Origin: Minisyncoccia bacterium
Lineage (GTDB): Bacteria; Patescibacteriota; Minisyncoccia; Phycocordibacterales; Phycocordibacteraceae
DNA length: 64,000 nt
Direction of reading: 5' to 3'
Assembly (NCBI GenBank): GCA_038207395.1
Contig: JBBQZW010000002.1
Span: 309-64,308, forward strand
Part shown: positions 28,676-37,863 of the stretch, one piece after another
How the letters are laid out: each line of letters begins with the position of its first letter
Numbering within the stretch: position 1 is the stretch's first letter
The notes under the pieces: generated by a model
Database searches by the model: none
Told to the model about the DNA's origin: nothing
The model's input: only the letters and a program-made list of their open reading frames with translations
Position numbers and translations under genes: made by a program

Positions 28676-29938
28676 TTACAGGAACGATTCGGGAATGGAG
28701 TGCACTTTAGCAAGCTCCTTCACGCGTGAATGTACGGAGGTGATCGTTTCTTCGTCGCGCTTTGTAAGTACCTGTAGCATGAGCTGCGCGACTTCCTTAC
28801 ATTCGTCTGCAGAAAAACCACGAGTCGTAAGTGCAGGAGTGCCAAAACGAATACCTGAAGGATCCATTGGCTTACGCGTGTCGTTTGGAATCGTATTTTT
28901 ATTGAGCGTGATACCGGCGCGATCCAAAAGTTGTTCTGCCTCCTTTCCCCCAATACCAAATGAGGTCTCAACATCTACGAGCACCAGATGATTATCAGTG
29001 CCTCCGGTAATAACGCGCGCTCCTGAAGATACAAATACTTCTGCCATTGCCTGGGCGTTCAGAATGGTTTGACGTGCATAGTCTTTGAATGATGGCGCGA
29101 GTGCTTCCTTAAAAGAGATAGCTTTTGCCGCAATCTGGTGCATGTGCGGGCCTCCTTGGAGGCCCGGGAATACGGCCGAATCAATGCGCTTCGCCATCTC
29201 CGCATCCTCACGTACTAAAATCATTCCTCCCCGCGGACCACGTAGGGTCTTATGCGTTGTGGTCGTCATGACATCAAAGCCATGCATAAACGGATTCTCC
29301 AGTGCGCCTCCGGCAATAAGTCCTGCAATGTGCGCAATGTCTGCTACCGCTAGAGCCCCTACCCCATGCGCAATGTCCGCAATACGCTTCCAATCAAGCG
29401 TGCGCGGGTACGAAGAAAATCCTGCAAGGATTACTTTTGGCTTGTGCGCATGCGCAAGCGCCTGAAGTGCATCGTAATCAATCTCTCCTGTCTCAATATC
29501 TTTCATGCCGTAGCGCACAAAGGTAAATATCTTTGAGAGGTACGTGACCGGACTGCCGTGCGTAAGGTGTCCGCCATGTGAAAGATCCATTCCAAGGATG
29601 GTGTCCCCTGGCTGCATGAGTGCCATGTAGGTGGCTATGTTTGCATTCGCTCCGCCAAGAGGCTGGACATTTGCGAAGCCTGCACCAAAGAGTTCCTTCG
29701 CGCGCGAAATGGCGAGTTCTTCAATCTGATCGGTGAATTCCTGCCCTCCGTAGTATCGCTTTCCCGGATACCCTTCTGAGTATTTATTTGTAAGCGTACT
29801 AGCCATCGCTTCACGCACTGCTGACGAAGCGTAGTTCTCAGACGGAATAAGCTCCAGGCCGTCTGCCTGGCGCGTATCTTCTCCCGCTATTGCCGCATAG
29901 GCTTCCGGATCTTCACGCTGTATGAATTCGTATTCCAT
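28676..29938 (-). CDS. glyA: Serine hydroxymethyltransferase
   Basis: 'LIPSEN', 'YSEGYPGKRYYGG', 'TTTTHKTLRGPRGG'; start ATG 29938. Confidence 0.98.
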   Translation of the reverse strand: MEYEFIQREDPEAYAAIAGEDTRQADGLELIPSENYASSAVREAMASTLTNKYSEGYPGKRYYGGQEFTDQIEELAISRAKELFGAGFANVQPLGGANANIATYMALMQPGDTILGMDLSHGGHLTHGSPVTYLSKIFTFVRYGMKDIETGEIDYDALQALAHAHKPKVILAGFSSYPRTLDWKRIADIAHGVGALAVADIAHIAGLIAGGALENPFMHGFDVMTTTTHKTLRGPRGGMILVREDAEMAKRIDSAVFPGLQGGPHMHQIAAKAISFKEALAPSFKDYARQTILNAQAMAEVFVSSGARVITGGTDNHLVLVDVETSFGIGGKEAEQLLDRAGITLNKNTIPNDTRKPMDPSGIRFGTPALTTRGFSADECKEVAQLMLQVLTKRDEETITSVHSRVKELAKVHSIPESFL

Positions 29939-30040
29939 TACCTGCATCCTAGCGTAAAAAAGCGAATATTGCTTGACCTGAGTAGCTATCCACGTAGGAT
30001 GTTGGAGGACAACAGCAACTCTCAACAAAGGAGAATCGTC

Positions 30041-30949
30041 ATGAACGATTTCTACAAACCATTCGATATGCGTACACCGGATTCGCAATATCGAGATCGA
30101 ATCAAATTTATCCTTGAAAAGGGTGTTCTCATAAAAGATACACCGCAAGGTAAAGATGTTGAAGGCGGACTTGGAGCGCTCACATGCTTTGGTACGTTAG
30201 CGCCGATGGCCTTCGATCTGTCGAATGGTGCGCCAATCATTACCGATCGAAGCATCAAGGGTTTTTGGCGGAAGCCAATAATCGAGATCATTGAATTCGC
30301 TCATGGTACCCGCAGTATTCAGGCACTCATTAATGCCGGCTGCAACTATTGGAAAGACTATGTCGGGAAAGGGGTGAAGCACGGACTCGAAGCTGATGAC
30401 CTCGGTCCCGGATCATATGGAGCAGCTTTCCATGACTTTCCAATGCCCGACGGAAGCACGCTGAATCAGTACCAACAACAAATTGATCAGATCAAAGCAA
30501 GACCTGATCTTAGGACACTTTTCATTAGTCCCTGGATACCGTTTTATACGGCTCGGGGTTCAAACCGAAAAGTGGTTGTGGCTCCCTGTCATGGGTGGCA
30601 ACAGTTCCGAGTTATCGAGGGAAAGCTACATCTGTTAATGTTCCAGCGGTCAGCGGACTTCCCTATCGGCGTTCCATCGAACATGGCGCAGTATGCGGCA
30701 ATCCTGTTGATGATGGCGCGAGCAACAGGCTATCAGCCTGGAATCTTCGTTCATCAGTTTGGGGATGCTCACATCTACGAAGATCAGATTGATCACATGC
30801 GCGAGCTTGTGAAACGTGAAGCACTTCCTCTGCCAACACTTCGGCTCGCAAAAGAACGTTCTGATTTTTTCAGCATTACCGCTGATGACTTTACGCTCGA
30901 GGATTACTACCCTCACCCCTCTATGCCCGGCATTCCATTTAAGGCATAG
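30041..30949 (+). CDS. thyA: Thymidylate synthase (divergent)
   Basis: 'APCH', 'QRSADFPIGVPSN', 'GDAHIY.DQ'; AAGGAG SD before ATG 30041. Confidence 0.9.
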   Translation: MNDFYKPFDMRTPDSQYRDRIKFILEKGVLIKDTPQGKDVEGGLGALTCFGTLAPMAFDLSNGAPIITDRSIKGFWRKPIIEIIEFAHGTRSIQALINAGCNYWKDYVGKGVKHGLEADDLGPGSYGAAFHDFPMPDGSTLNQYQQQIDQIKARPDLRTLFISPWIPFYTARGSNRKVVVAPCHGWQQFRVIEGKLHLLMFQRSADFPIGVPSNMAQYAAILLMMARATGYQPGIFVHQFGDAHIYEDQIDHMRELVKREALPLPTLRLAKERSDFFSITADDFTLEDYYPHPSMPGIPFKA

Positions 30950-30958
30950 AGGTAAACT

Positions 30959-30989
30959 TGCCGCTTCCTTCGGGAAGCGGCATTTTCTT
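30959..30989 (+). terminator. Terminator with cUUCGg loop after thyA
   Basis: tgccgcttcc-ttcg-ggaagcggca-ttttctt. Confidence 0.75.
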
Positions 30990-31044
30990 GTATATATCCA
31001 TACCACGTGTACTATTGCCTCGGGACACGGTAAAGGAGAACCCC

Positions 31045-31497
31045 ATGCCAGATTCAGATTCCGTGCACATGGCGCACGGTCGATCAAATGAACAGCGCAA
31101 AGTAATGCAACAGATCCAAGAAGACGGTGTTGATCCGTTTGATTGGGAACTTCTCAGCAAATATCACGAGAAGCCGGTTATTCGAAGTACGACCCTTTGG
31201 ATACTCACCGCTAACGACTACCCGTACCAAGGAACTGCGCATCATTTCCTGCTTATCTACCGTGATCGAGTTCGTTCGTTTGCGGAAATGGAAGCTGCTG
31301 CGTGGAGCGAACTGCATGAAATGCTTATATGGGTTGAGAATGAATTTCAACTCACCCATGGGGCACTTCTAATGCGATTCGGCGAACCGTCGCTCTCAGG
31401 CGCAAGTGTTGATCATCTTCACATACACATAATTGTGGGTGGGGATGAAAGCGGGGGCGAGAAAATAAAAGCTGCAGTCGGATATATAAAAAAATAA
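31045..31497 (+). CDS. HIT-family nucleotide hydrolase
   Basis: 'NDYPY...HFLLI', 'SGASVDHLHIHII'; AAGGAG SD before ATG 31045. Confidence 0.85.
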   Translation: MPDSDSVHMAHGRSNEQRKVMQQIQEDGVDPFDWELLSKYHEKPVIRSTTLWILTANDYPYQGTAHHFLLIYRDRVRSFAEMEAAAWSELHEMLIWVENEFQLTHGALLMRFGEPSLSGASVDHLHIHIIVGGDESGGEKIKAAVGYIKK

Positions 31498-31546
31498 ATG
31501 CGGCGTCCTGTAAGGGGCGCCGCATATTAGTTTGTTTGGGTTGGAT

Positions 31547-32389
31547 TTAGACGACTCGGATAACCTCAACACCTTTACTTAGTAAAAGGTCGAGACTTTC
31601 CAGACGAGAGTATCCCTTTTTAAAGAACAATCGTCTAACTCCAGCCCTCGCAAGGCTTGCTGCACATGGAACGCAAGGAAAATGCGTTACATATGCATCA
31701 GTTCCTGCCAGTGAAATACCGTCTCTTGCAGCCTGCGCAACAAGGTCTCGCTCCGCATGAGCGACTAACGTATCCTCAGTATTTTCTCCACGCGAGTAAA
31801 TGCTCCGGGGGTCACCGAGAATGTTCGGTAAATCAGGATCAAGAGCTGCGGCATTATACGCGATTAGTATTGGCATCCCATCTCGGGAGATGAGCGCTCC
31901 AACCGAAAGCCACCAGTCTTTGCTTTTTTCAGCCTCCATTTCTGCGAATTGCATCAGTTGCCGAGCAGTCTCTTCAGAAGTGCACTCAGTCGTAGGCACT
32001 TCATCAATACGCTCGACGCCCTTACGGTCGTATCGTAGACGAGTCGTATCGAGCTTGACGATAGCGTTCGGGAAGAACGCAGTTAATGCCAGACTCGTTA
32101 TATCTTCGTCTGTTGTTTGAATATGAACAGAATCCGTTGTTACATTGGGAACCAACATCTCAACACTATTAAAGTTGAAATATCGACCCACACAGTCTTC
32201 TATTACAGACTCTGGCATTCCTCGTATTGCCACATCTTTTTTCAAAACATATGCAGCATTAGGACCAAGAGCCTTTATCGCATTAGTTCCGATCAAGAAA
32301 CAGTCGTAGTCTCGGGACTCATGTTTTCGCAAGAAGTCCCAGTACCCACGATGTATGACCGGCATGTAGAGCATGACAATCATACGCAT
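31547..32389 (-). CDS. dCMP-deaminase-family protein with extra N-terminal domain
   Basis: 'VGALI', 'HAE', 'THFPCVPC' Zn motifs; ~130-aa N-terminal addition. Confidence 0.88.
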   Translation of the reverse strand: MRMIVMLYMPVIHRGYWDFLRKHESRDYDCFLIGTNAIKALGPNAAYVLKKDVAIRGMPESVIEDCVGRYFNFNSVEMLVPNVTTDSVHIQTTDEDITSLALTAFFPNAIVKLDTTRLRYDRKGVERIDEVPTTECTSEETARQLMQFAEMEAEKSKDWWLSVGALISRDGMPILIAYNAAALDPDLPNILGDPRSIYSRGENTEDTLVAHAERDLVAQAARDGISLAGTDAYVTHFPCVPCAASLARAGVRRLFFKKGYSRLESLDLLLSKGVEVIRVV

Positions 32390-32979
32390 TAGCTTTTCTC
32401 CCCTAATGCTGAACGGATCATTTCATCCGCCTTGTCACGGATTACCGTGAGTGACGGAATAAGTGTTTCCAACTGAAGCTTACGAATATTCGCGCTCGTT
32501 GAAGTAGTAGCTTGAGATTTTAACTCGATTATTTCTCCACATAATTCTTCGAGGGCCTTTTGACGCTCTTCATCGTACTCACTCCGTTCTGATATCACAA
32601 GAACGTCGGGGCGCACAAGACGGATAAGTGCCCATCGGTCATCGTCTTTTCCTTTGAGGGTAATAATGTCGGGATACCTGCAATGCGCAAGCATCTCCGC
32701 CCGTTCAAGTTCAGGGATGATAGGTCGAGAAGGACCTTTTCGATCTCGTATTTTTTCATCCGAATCGACGCCGACGATTAAGCAATCACCGAGCATTCGG
32801 GCTTCCCGCAAGTAACGCATATGGCCAATGTGCGATATATCGAAACTTCCAGACGTTAGGACAATTTTAAGACCGAGCGTCCGTAGGGCTTCAACTTTTG
32901 CAACCAGAAGCTGTGTATCGGTTATCAACCGGTCTTCAAACGCGTCGTGAGACGCAAAGATAGAACCACGATCCATCAT
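32389..32979 (-). CDS. Cytidylyltransferase-family (TagD/RfaE-II-like) nucleotidyltransferase
   Basis: 'TSGSFDISHIGH', 'LIVGVDSD...KGPSRPI...ER', 'STS'. Confidence 0.88.
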   Translation of the reverse strand: MMDRGSIFASHDAFEDRLITDTQLLVAKVEALRTLGLKIVLTSGSFDISHIGHMRYLREARMLGDCLIVGVDSDEKIRDRKGPSRPIIPELERAEMLAHCRYPDIITLKGKDDDRWALIRLVRPDVLVISERSEYDEERQKALEELCGEIIELKSQATTSTSANIRKLQLETLIPSLTVIRDKADEMIRSALGEKS

Positions 32980-33113
32980 GAGATATTCCTTCCATTGCTA
33001 TGAGAGCTATCCGAGCGGATGCTACCACATTGAAGGAAGCGGCGCACGTAATTGCCCTATTTGAATGGGTATGTAACCATTCAAATCAGGATAGTAGTAC
33101 AGGGAGAATACGT

Positions 33114-33611
33114 ATGATCAGTATCATTGCCGCAATCGGCGAACGGAACCGCGTCATTGGACGCGACAACGATTTACCGTGGAGTCGACGACTCAAACCG
33201 GACATGAATCGTTTCATTGAACTTACAATGGAGCACCCAGTAATAATGGGGCGAAATACCTGGGATTCAATTCCGGAAAAGTTTCGTCCTCTAGCAGGTC
33301 GTAGCAACATTGTTGTAACCCGACAACTTACACTGCAGATACCAAATGTAAAGATTGTTCACTCAGTAACTGCAGCACTCGCAGTCGCAGAGTCTATGCC
33401 GGGTGGTGAGAACATATGTGTTATTGGAGGCCAATACATCTATCAATCATCGCTCGCAAAAGCGCACCGTCTGCATCTCACCCTTGTCAATGAAGATGCG
33501 GAGGGCGACACGTTCTTTCCGGATTATTCGGAATTTTCAAAAGAGATCGAACATTCCGTTGTTCCTGATTTTTTGCCGAGGCTTACATTCCTGACGCTCG
33601 AACGTCCGTAA
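33114..33611 (+). CDS. folA: Dihydrofolate reductase
   Basis: 'IIAAI...VIG..NDLPW', 'VIMGRNTW', 'RPL.GR.NIVVT', 'IGG..IY', 'GDTFFP'. Confidence 0.95.
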   Translation: MISIIAAIGERNRVIGRDNDLPWSRRLKPDMNRFIELTMEHPVIMGRNTWDSIPEKFRPLAGRSNIVVTRQLTLQIPNVKIVHSVTAALAVAESMPGGENICVIGGQYIYQSSLAKAHRLHLTLVNEDAEGDTFFPDYSEFSKEIEHSVVPDFLPRLTFLTLERP

Positions 33612-33653
33612 TAAAAAGGCCGTCTGTAAAACAGACGGCCTTTTCGTCTATAA

Positions 33654-34397
33654 CTATCCTCTCCCCGTAACCGGCTCGGCCTTCTGCATATAACTCCCAA
33701 CGACCCGCATAAGATTATCAGCAATATTTTTGCTCAGCGTGTCGCCACGTTCTGCTCCTGCCTTCCATATTTCTTCGGTAATCATTTGAATACCGTCATT
33801 AATGAGCGCGCGCGCTTCCTCACGAATTTCATTTCTTCGTTTCTCGTTCAAGTCTTCCCATCCCTTATACAAAGCCTTGTGCTGGGCCAGTATGTTTTTT
33901 ATATCGGGACGTTCGAGAGCTTCCTTTGTTGCTGTAAGCAATGCACGCAACGATTCTGTTGTTTGGGGAATAAGCACATCCCCAATATCCCTTGCTCGAG
34001 TACGGAGTTCTTCGGAGGCCCAATTCCCTTCCGTGTCTTGAGGATACAAATCTTGATCTTGTATGGGTGAGTTAAAGCCGAGTGCTCCCGCAATAAGATT
34101 GAGTGTATACACATTTCCTGACTGAAGAACTTTTTTAACTTCGGCAGTAGTGAGAACGTGCCCAATGCTATGCAGTGCATGCTGCGCATTCACTTTCTCT
34201 GTTCTGCGCGTAAGATTTTCGTCGTCAGGAATAGGTGCAACCAGTCCCTGAACTGCTGCGCGCGGATCTTCCTGCGCTACTAGTCGCTCAGCCACCATGA
34301 CCGTAATACCGAGAGGATTACGAGGCATCCGCACATTCCCTTCCAACGAAGCCTGGGCAACTTCTTCACGCGGAGTACGTGGCATTCCTTCTTTCAT
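33654..34397 (-). CDS. Hypothetical helical protein
   Basis: Long ORF flanked by terminators; TATACT box shortly before ATG 34397. Confidence 0.6.
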   Translation of the reverse strand: MKEGMPRTPREEVAQASLEGNVRMPRNPLGITVMVAERLVAQEDPRAAVQGLVAPIPDDENLTRRTEKVNAQHALHSIGHVLTTAEVKKVLQSGNVYTLNLIAGALGFNSPIQDQDLYPQDTEGNWASEELRTRARDIGDVLIPQTTESLRALLTATKEALERPDIKNILAQHKALYKGWEDLNEKRRNEIREEARALINDGIQMITEEIWKAGAERGDTLSKNIADNLMRVVGSYMQKAEPVTGRG

Positions 34398-34461
34398 ACA
34401 AAAAGTATATACGAAAAAGGCCCGAGAGTATTCCGGGCCTTTTTCACTATCTTTTAAACAC

Positions 34462-34881
34462 TTACTTAATCTCAACACCCATCGAACGAGCAGTACCTTC
34501 TACCATACGCTCTGCCGCTTCCACGGTTGATGCAGTGAGATCAGGCATCTTCTTCTCAGCGATCTCGCGGACCTGTTCCTTCGTCAGAGTACCTACCTTC
34601 TTAGAAGGCGCTTTTCCTGAACCCTTATCTACCCCAAGCGCTTTGAGGATGAGACGAGACATAGGAGAAACCTTGAGGACGAACGTAAATGAGCGGTCGT
34701 CATAGACGGTCATGTCCACAGGAATGATCACGCCTGGCTGGTCTTTGGTTGCCTCGTTAAACTTATTAACGAAGTCACCGATGTTCACGCCGGCAGGACC
34801 GAGCACGGTTCCAATAGGAGGCGCAGGGTTAGCTTTGCCGCCGGGGATTTGGAGTTTGATTTTCTTTACTACTTTAGCCAT
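34462..34881 (-). CDS. rplK: 50S ribosomal protein uL11
   Basis: '[16 protein letters not shown]', 'VY.DRSFTF', 'GTARSMG'. Confidence 0.98.
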   Translation of the reverse strand: MAKVVKKIKLQIPGGKANPAPPIGTVLGPAGVNIGDFVNKFNEATKDQPGVIIPVDMTVYDDRSFTFVLKVSPMSRLILKALGVDKGSGKAPSKKVGTLTKEQVREIAEKKMPDLTASTVEAAERMVEGTARSMGVEIK

Positions 34882-34905
34882 ATATATGTGTTAGCAGACT
34901 GTACC

Positions 34906-35475
34906 TTACAGTTTCCTTATTTGCAAAAAGTCGAGTTCCACGGGAGTCTCGCGACCGAACATGGCGACCATAACCTTTACCTTCCCGCGCTCTTCGTCGA
35001 TCTCTCCAATCTTTCCTTCAAGGTCCTTAAATGGGCCATCCATAATAACGATTGGGTCATCTTTCATGAGATCAATACGGTGCTTAGGCACATCAGCGTC
35101 CATGCGCTTCATGAGTGAAGTCACTTCTGAGTCATCCATAGGAACGGGAGTAACTCCTGAACCAACAAACCCGGTTACGCGTGGAGTGTTGCGAACAACG
35201 AACCACGAGTCTTCGTCCACGATCATGCGAACAAGAATGTAACCCGGATAAATCTTCTCTTCTTCGACGATACGCTTCCCTCCTTTCACGCGAATCTTCT
35301 TTTCAGTTGGAACAACGACTTCAAAAATCTTGTTTTCCATACCGAGACTTTCAATGCGCTGCTTTAGATTACGCTCAACAGCGTTTTCATATCCTGCATA
35401 GGTGTGAATGGTGTACCAGCGTGGTTCACTGTTTGCAGCATCATCGGCAAATTCTGGGGTAGTGCGTAGTTCCAT
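34906..35475 (-). CDS. nusG: Transcription factor NusG
   Basis: 'WYTIHTYAGYE', 'YPGYILV', 'FGRETPVEL'. Confidence 0.98.
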   Translation of the reverse strand: MELRTTPEFADDAANSEPRWYTIHTYAGYENAVERNLKQRIESLGMENKIFEVVVPTEKKIRVKGGKRIVEEEKIYPGYILVRMIVDEDSWFVVRNTPRVTGFVGSGVTPVPMDDSEVTSLMKRMDADVPKHRIDLMKDDPIVIMDGPFKDLEGKIGEIDEERGKVKVMVAMFGRETPVELDFLQIRKL

Positions 35476-35504
35476 AGAATATAAGTTAAAGAGCTTCGGG
35501 GGTA

Positions 35505-35693
35505 TTAGTGAGAAGAAACGTAGCGCTCGATAGCCTGAGTGAAGATGTAGTCTAGGCCTGAGATAAGGAGTGCTGCGATAATTGAAATCACTACGATAAG
35601 AGCCACGTGAACGAGCGCTGTGCGTGGACGAGGCCAGACAACGTGATCCATTTCAGCACGCACGTTTTTGAGATAGGTGATAAGTGAGGACAT
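35505..35693 (-). CDS. secE: Preprotein translocase SecE
   Basis: 'EM.HVVWP' + TM, upstream of nusG. Confidence 0.92.
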   Translation of the reverse strand: MSSLITYLKNVRAEMDHVVWPRPRTALVHVALIVVISIIAALLISGLDYIFTQAIERYVSSH

Positions 35694-35775
35694 ACGAAAG
35701 TATTAGCGCTCCAATTAAAAAACCCCCGCGGGGTTTGATAACGGCATGATACTACAGCCTAGATACAACGTCAAA

Positions 35776-36579
35776 CTATTTAATTCGGTAGGTTATCTGC
35801 ACCGTCACGGTGCGTTCGTCACTTCCCACTGGAAGCACTGGCGCAGGCGCACCCACTGCCTCTGACGACATCGCCTTATCAAACATTGGATAAGCGTTAT
35901 TCGGTTGGTCTGAATAACTCACTACGCTAACGAGCGAGACGCCAAGCTCCTTTGCAAGCTGCTTTGCCTTATCTTGAGCGTTTTTGATAGCTTCAGCGCG
36001 CGCCATATTTGTTACCCCTGAATCATCATCCACCATAAAGTTTGGGCCTGAGACATTCTGTACACCAATAGTTCCGAGTTTTGAGAGAACATCGCTCGCC
36101 TTATTCGTGTCACGAATCGTCACTTCAACACTCTGAGATACTTCGTATCCAATAATGGTATTTGGGTTTGTTGTGACAGGGCGTGGACACTCTGCTCCGA
36201 AGCAAGGATTCTGTGAGGAGTACTGCGGAGAAATGGTGTACGCAGCTGTTTTTATATCTTTGTCCTCAATTCCTAACACCTTCATTGCAGCTATAGCGTC
36301 ATTTCCCTTCTTTGCAGCAGCATTCTGGGCAGTCGTCACATCAGATGCTTGCTCCTGAACAGTGAACGATATCTTTGCAATGTCAGGCTTTGCTGAACTT
36401 ACTCCCGTACCACTTACGGTAATGGTATTTATCTGAGGATAGTCCCCTTCGCCAAACCGAGCCATTGCATCAAATGTTTTTACAACTAAAAAGATGGCGA
36501 GCATTCCAAGCGCTGCTGCGGCTGCCATGCGCATGGGACGACTTACGGTTACGAGTGTCTGACGAGTTTCTTCCTTCAT
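35776..36579 (-). CDS. SIMPL/DUF541 domain protein
   Basis: 'ITVSGTG....KPDIA', 'AI.NA..KA..LA..LG'. Confidence 0.88.
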   Translation of the reverse strand: MKEETRQTLVTVSRPMRMAAAAALGMLAIFLVVKTFDAMARFGEGDYPQINTITVSGTGVSSAKPDIAKISFTVQEQASDVTTAQNAAAKKGNDAIAAMKVLGIEDKDIKTAAYTISPQYSSQNPCFGAECPRPVTTNPNTIIGYEVSQSVEVTIRDTNKASDVLSKLGTIGVQNVSGPNFMVDDDSGVTNMARAEAIKNAQDKAKQLAKELGVSLVSVVSYSDQPNNAYPMFDKAMSSEAVGAPAPVLPVGSDERTVTVQITYRIK

Positions 36580-36674
36580 AGTGAGTGATTAGCGTATATG
36601 CTTGGTATGACGTTATTCTAGCACCGCTCTTACTGCCGCATGAGATATCGCCACTCGAGCTATACTGTCCGCAT

Positions 36675-37805
36675 ATGAAAAAGAGTTCAATTCTTCGTAT
36701 TCTTTTTGGTGTTTGCCTCTTATCTACAGCAATCCCAACTATCTCCCATGCTCAGACGGCGGAACTCATTCAAGACACCGTAACCCTTGAACGTGCAGAA
36801 GTTATTTCAGCAACACCTAAAGGCACAGCTTCCGTTGAAGGTACTAACGTTACTTCAAGCATTCAGGCCCTGGAAGTAAAAATTCTTACCGGTCCAGACA
36901 AAGGAATGGTGGTGAGTTTTGATAATGATTATACGCAACTTAGTAAAGGTGAGGAATTTTATATTCGCCATATAACAAACTCGATTGAGAATCGTGACGT
37001 TTGGTCAGTCGCTGATCCCTACCGACTACCGATATTACTGGCGGTGGGGATTATCTTCATAATCCTGTTATGTATCTTTGGCGGAATCCAAGGTATGCGT
37101 GGTCTCATAAGTTTATTTGGAAGTTTGGTTATTATCTTTTACCTACTTCTACCTAGTATTTACGCAGGACACTCGCCCATTCTCGTAGCTCTAGGGATTT
37201 CCTCACTAATTATCATTGTTGGTTCGTATATAACGCATGGAATAAGTCGAACAACGACCAGTGCAATGATTGGAATGATTGGCACAATCATTCTCACAGG
37301 CACAGCAACGTACTTAGTTATTCATGGAGCACATCTTTCGGGATTTACGTCGGAAACAAATGCGTATTTGAATTTTAATACTGGCGGACGCATAAGTATG
37401 GCAGGTCTTTTATTTGGAGGGATTATGATCGGACTACTTGGAGTTTTATATGACATCGCTATTGGGCAGGCAGTTGCGGTAGAAGAGCTATATCTTGCTG
37501 GTCAGTACACTCCCGCACAAGTGTACCGACGTGCAATGCGTATTGGACGCGAGCATATTGGAGCACTAGTTAATACCCTTGCTATCGCCTACGTAGGAAC
37601 ATCACTCCCCTTACTACTTTTGTTTAAAGAATCGGACGCTGGGATGGGTTTTCTAATTAATAGCGAACTATTTGCAACTGAAATTATTAGAATTCTTATG
37701 GGCTCAATAGGATTAGTACTTGCCGTTCCTATTACTACGCTAATTGCGACATACGCACTTCGAAATATTCACCGTCCGAGCGGCACTCACAGTCACTCGC
37801 ACTAG
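36675..37805 (+). CDS. YibE/F family membrane protein with C-terminal HSHSH
   Basis: 'GLLGVLYDI...Q', 'IGREHI...VNTL..AY.G..LPLLL'. Confidence 0.88.
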   Translation: MKKSSILRILFGVCLLSTAIPTISHAQTAELIQDTVTLERAEVISATPKGTASVEGTNVTSSIQALEVKILTGPDKGMVVSFDNDYTQLSKGEEFYIRHITNSIENRDVWSVADPYRLPILLAVGIIFIILLCIFGGIQGMRGLISLFGSLVIIFYLLLPSIYAGHSPILVALGISSLIIIVGSYITHGISRTTTSAMIGMIGTIILTGTATYLVIHGAHLSGFTSETNAYLNFNTGGRISMAGLLFGGIMIGLLGVLYDIAIGQAVAVEELYLAGQYTPAQVYRRAMRIGREHIGALVNTLAIAYVGTSLPLLLLFKESDAGMGFLINSELFATEIIRILMGSIGLVLAVPITTLIATYALRNIHRPSGTHSHSH

Positions 37806-37825
37806 TAATTTTTATGCTTTCTGAG

Positions 37826-37848
37826 TTATTGCAAGTTAATTGCGTTTA
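37826..37848. promoter_or_regulatory. Candidate Fur/Zur operator
   Basis: Imperfect palindrome with core gcaa-N5-ttgc immediately upstream of the Fur-family gene. Confidence 0.35.
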
Positions 37849-37863
37849 TGCGATGGTAAAGGA

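Noticed and set aside
29939-30148. Apparent overlap of long glyA and thyA ORFs
   Set aside because: Artefact of longest-ORF starts; the likely starts 29938 and 30041 leave a normal divergent promoter gap.
30041-30949. dCMP hydroxymethylase (phage-type DNA modification)
   Set aside because: The specificity residue is Asn (GVPSN), not Asp; DHFR is adjacent and there is no phage context.
31547-32389. AvcD/dCTP-deaminase anti-phage defence gene
   Set aside because: No P-loop kinase domain, and the context is the thymidylate cycle; not fully excluded.
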